Source: Eledone cirrhosa (Eukaryota). Taken from it: DNA of 64,000 nucleotides. The stretch lies in contig OZ024743.1 of NCBI GenBank assembly GCA_964016885.1, positions 377,022,001 through 377,086,000 of the forward strand. Reading direction: 5' to 3'. Made by a program: the position numbers and the translations under genes. The notes beneath the pieces are model-generated. The model was not told the DNA's origin, ran no database searches, and saw only the letters and a program-made list of their open reading frames with translations. Positions 62,090 to 64,000 of this stretch are shown one piece after another. Numbering within the stretch: position 1 is the stretch's first letter; every line of letters starts with the position of its first letter.

Positions 62090-62709
62090 AAGAAAGATGG
62101 TGTAGTGTGTATGAGAAAGAGGGGTGTTGCAATGTGTGTGTGAGAGAGAGTCAGCTCGAGAGAGGGAGAGTGTGTTTGTGGAAGAGAGGTTGAGAGATTG
62201 TGAGATACAGTGTGCGTATGTGAAGAAGAAGAAGAAGAAGAAGAAGAAGAAGAAGAAGAAGAAGAAGAAGAAGAAGGTGGTGGTGGTGGTGGTGGTGGTG
62301 GTGGTGGTGGTGGTGGTGGAGAAGAAGAAGAGGAGGGAGTACGTCTACTAACATATGAAATAATATTTGTCAGAGATGGCTGCCATCATAAATTTCGGTT
62401 ATGATTTAATGAATGAAAGTAGTTTTATCTATTGTATACTTAATAAATGTTCCACTGGAATGATATACGTGTTCGTTTGAAACGAATAACTGAATAAAAG
62501 AATAATTTGAATTAAAACTGATGATAAATACAGTAGAAGATTATTTCATTGACTGAAGGTGAAGTTAAGATTAAACGCAGTCTTCGGACTACCAGTAGTA
62601 TTAAGTCATTCAGGAAGATTAGAATTACACAAAACTTTCTTCCTTTGTGTTTCGTTTGCTGTAATCTTTCAACACATTGATCCACAGTATTGATATATAT
62701 ATATGTATG

Positions 62710-62786
<77 letters not shown>

Positions 62787-62839
62787 ATATATATATATGT
62801 ATGTATGTATGTATATATATATATATGTATGTATGTATG

Positions 62840-62872
<33 letters not shown>

Positions 62873-63225
62873 TATATATTATATATATATACAAATATGA
62901 ATATAAATATAATTTCAGCGAGATTGTATTTCGGCTGTGGTGTCAAAAACAAAGCGAAACGCAATTTTCGAGATATGCGGCAAGCGCTCAATGGATTAAA
63001 AGAAGACCAATATATATATATGTATGCATATATGTATATATATATATATACACTGACACATTCATACATAAATACATTCATATATACATACATCCTCAGA
63101 TCTGGTCAGGTTCTGTTTTCTCTTTATTCATATACTCCTGGTTTTATCACATATCCTTCTCTTATCATCCCTATTGACAAATCCTCTAAACTAGTTCTTA
63201 ACTGTTATGCCTAGTCCTGTCTTCT

Positions 63226-63430
63226 CCCAGAAAATTGTCTCTCTGGAATTTCCTCCATATACATATATTTTCTACAGTCATTGATCGACTCACAGCTCTA
63301 CCGATTTCGCCAGTCTTGGATTTACTACGGGAGGCCGTGGAAACAACCCATGCCTCGCGACCAGTCCCAGATTTACCATTGTGCTTAGATATGCTTAAGA
63401 ACAGGACCCCGTTGGTCAGGAACGGGGGCA
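63226..63430 (+). pseudogene. Possible degenerate LINE (L1/Tx1-like) RT C-terminal fragment
   Basis: Translation PRKLSLWNFLHIHIFSTVIDRLTALPISP...KNRTPLVR resembles the post-RT pattern RxLSL..R...N..I......RL...P....FLW....PLVR. This is by-eye similarity only. Confidence 0.35.
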
Positions 63431-63738
63431 TCTTCTTGTCAAAAAAATGTTTAACCTCCTTCAAGTAAAGGACCTCATAACATAACTTAACAGGGCCTCA
63501 TTTGTCCTAAATCCGACACTGCTCCAGACGAAATTAATGTAATGGTTTCTGATTTAGGCACAAGGCCAATAAGACCAAACTAATATAATATAAATAAAAT
63601 ACCAATTAGACACTAGATCGATATAATCGACAAACCTACATGGCCTTGTACCAGTGTTAAAAAGAAATCAGTAAAAAAGCATTAACAACTATTCAATTAC
63701 CCTGTTATTCATATTTCTACGTTTCTTTTATATATATG

Positions 63739-63770
<32 letters not shown>

Positions 63771-64000
63771 AAGCTTCTACGTAGATTAAGTTCCTATGCA
63801 ATACAATGGTTCAATGATGGAGTTTAAACTGATTAAATAACAAAATAACGATGTCAAACTGCAACAGATAGCATCATAATGTATAAATCTTTTAAACGTA
63901 ATATTCATTCAGTTGCAATAATGATGTTTGTATTGACTTCCAACCATTGCTATAATAACAACACATTGCTGAAATATATGTGATTGCAATGCAAATGTCA

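Overview
Repeat-dominated, AT-rich eukaryotic DNA. It is most likely from an octopus/coleoid cephalopod, inferred from the SINE types and extreme microsatellite load. No intact host gene is recognisable. The main observation: the first 18.76 kb is a tandem array of about 318 copies of a 59-bp monomer, open at the left edge of the window. The monomer translates as RDWGFKITLQTSLTRVNFL and runs in frame into DVTLDL..., the reverse-transcriptase (RT) C-terminal region of an adjacent 5'-truncated Penelope-like retroelement (PLE). That element continues through a GIY-YIG endonuclease and a long 3' region with a type I hammerhead-ribozyme fold. The satellite is therefore the last 59 nt at the element's truncation point, reiterated hundreds of times and then organised into nested kb-scale higher-order repeats. 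The rest of the window holds two further hammerhead motifs (39838-39922, 44375-44412), a tandem-plus-inverted insertion in a (TA)n tract, a probable non-autonomous Helitron carrying a duplicated cargo, many tRNA-derived SINE copies and several multi-kb simple-sequence arrays. Almost all long ORFs in the supplied track are translation artefacts of simple repeats. Coordinates and translations were read by eye; no database searches were run.
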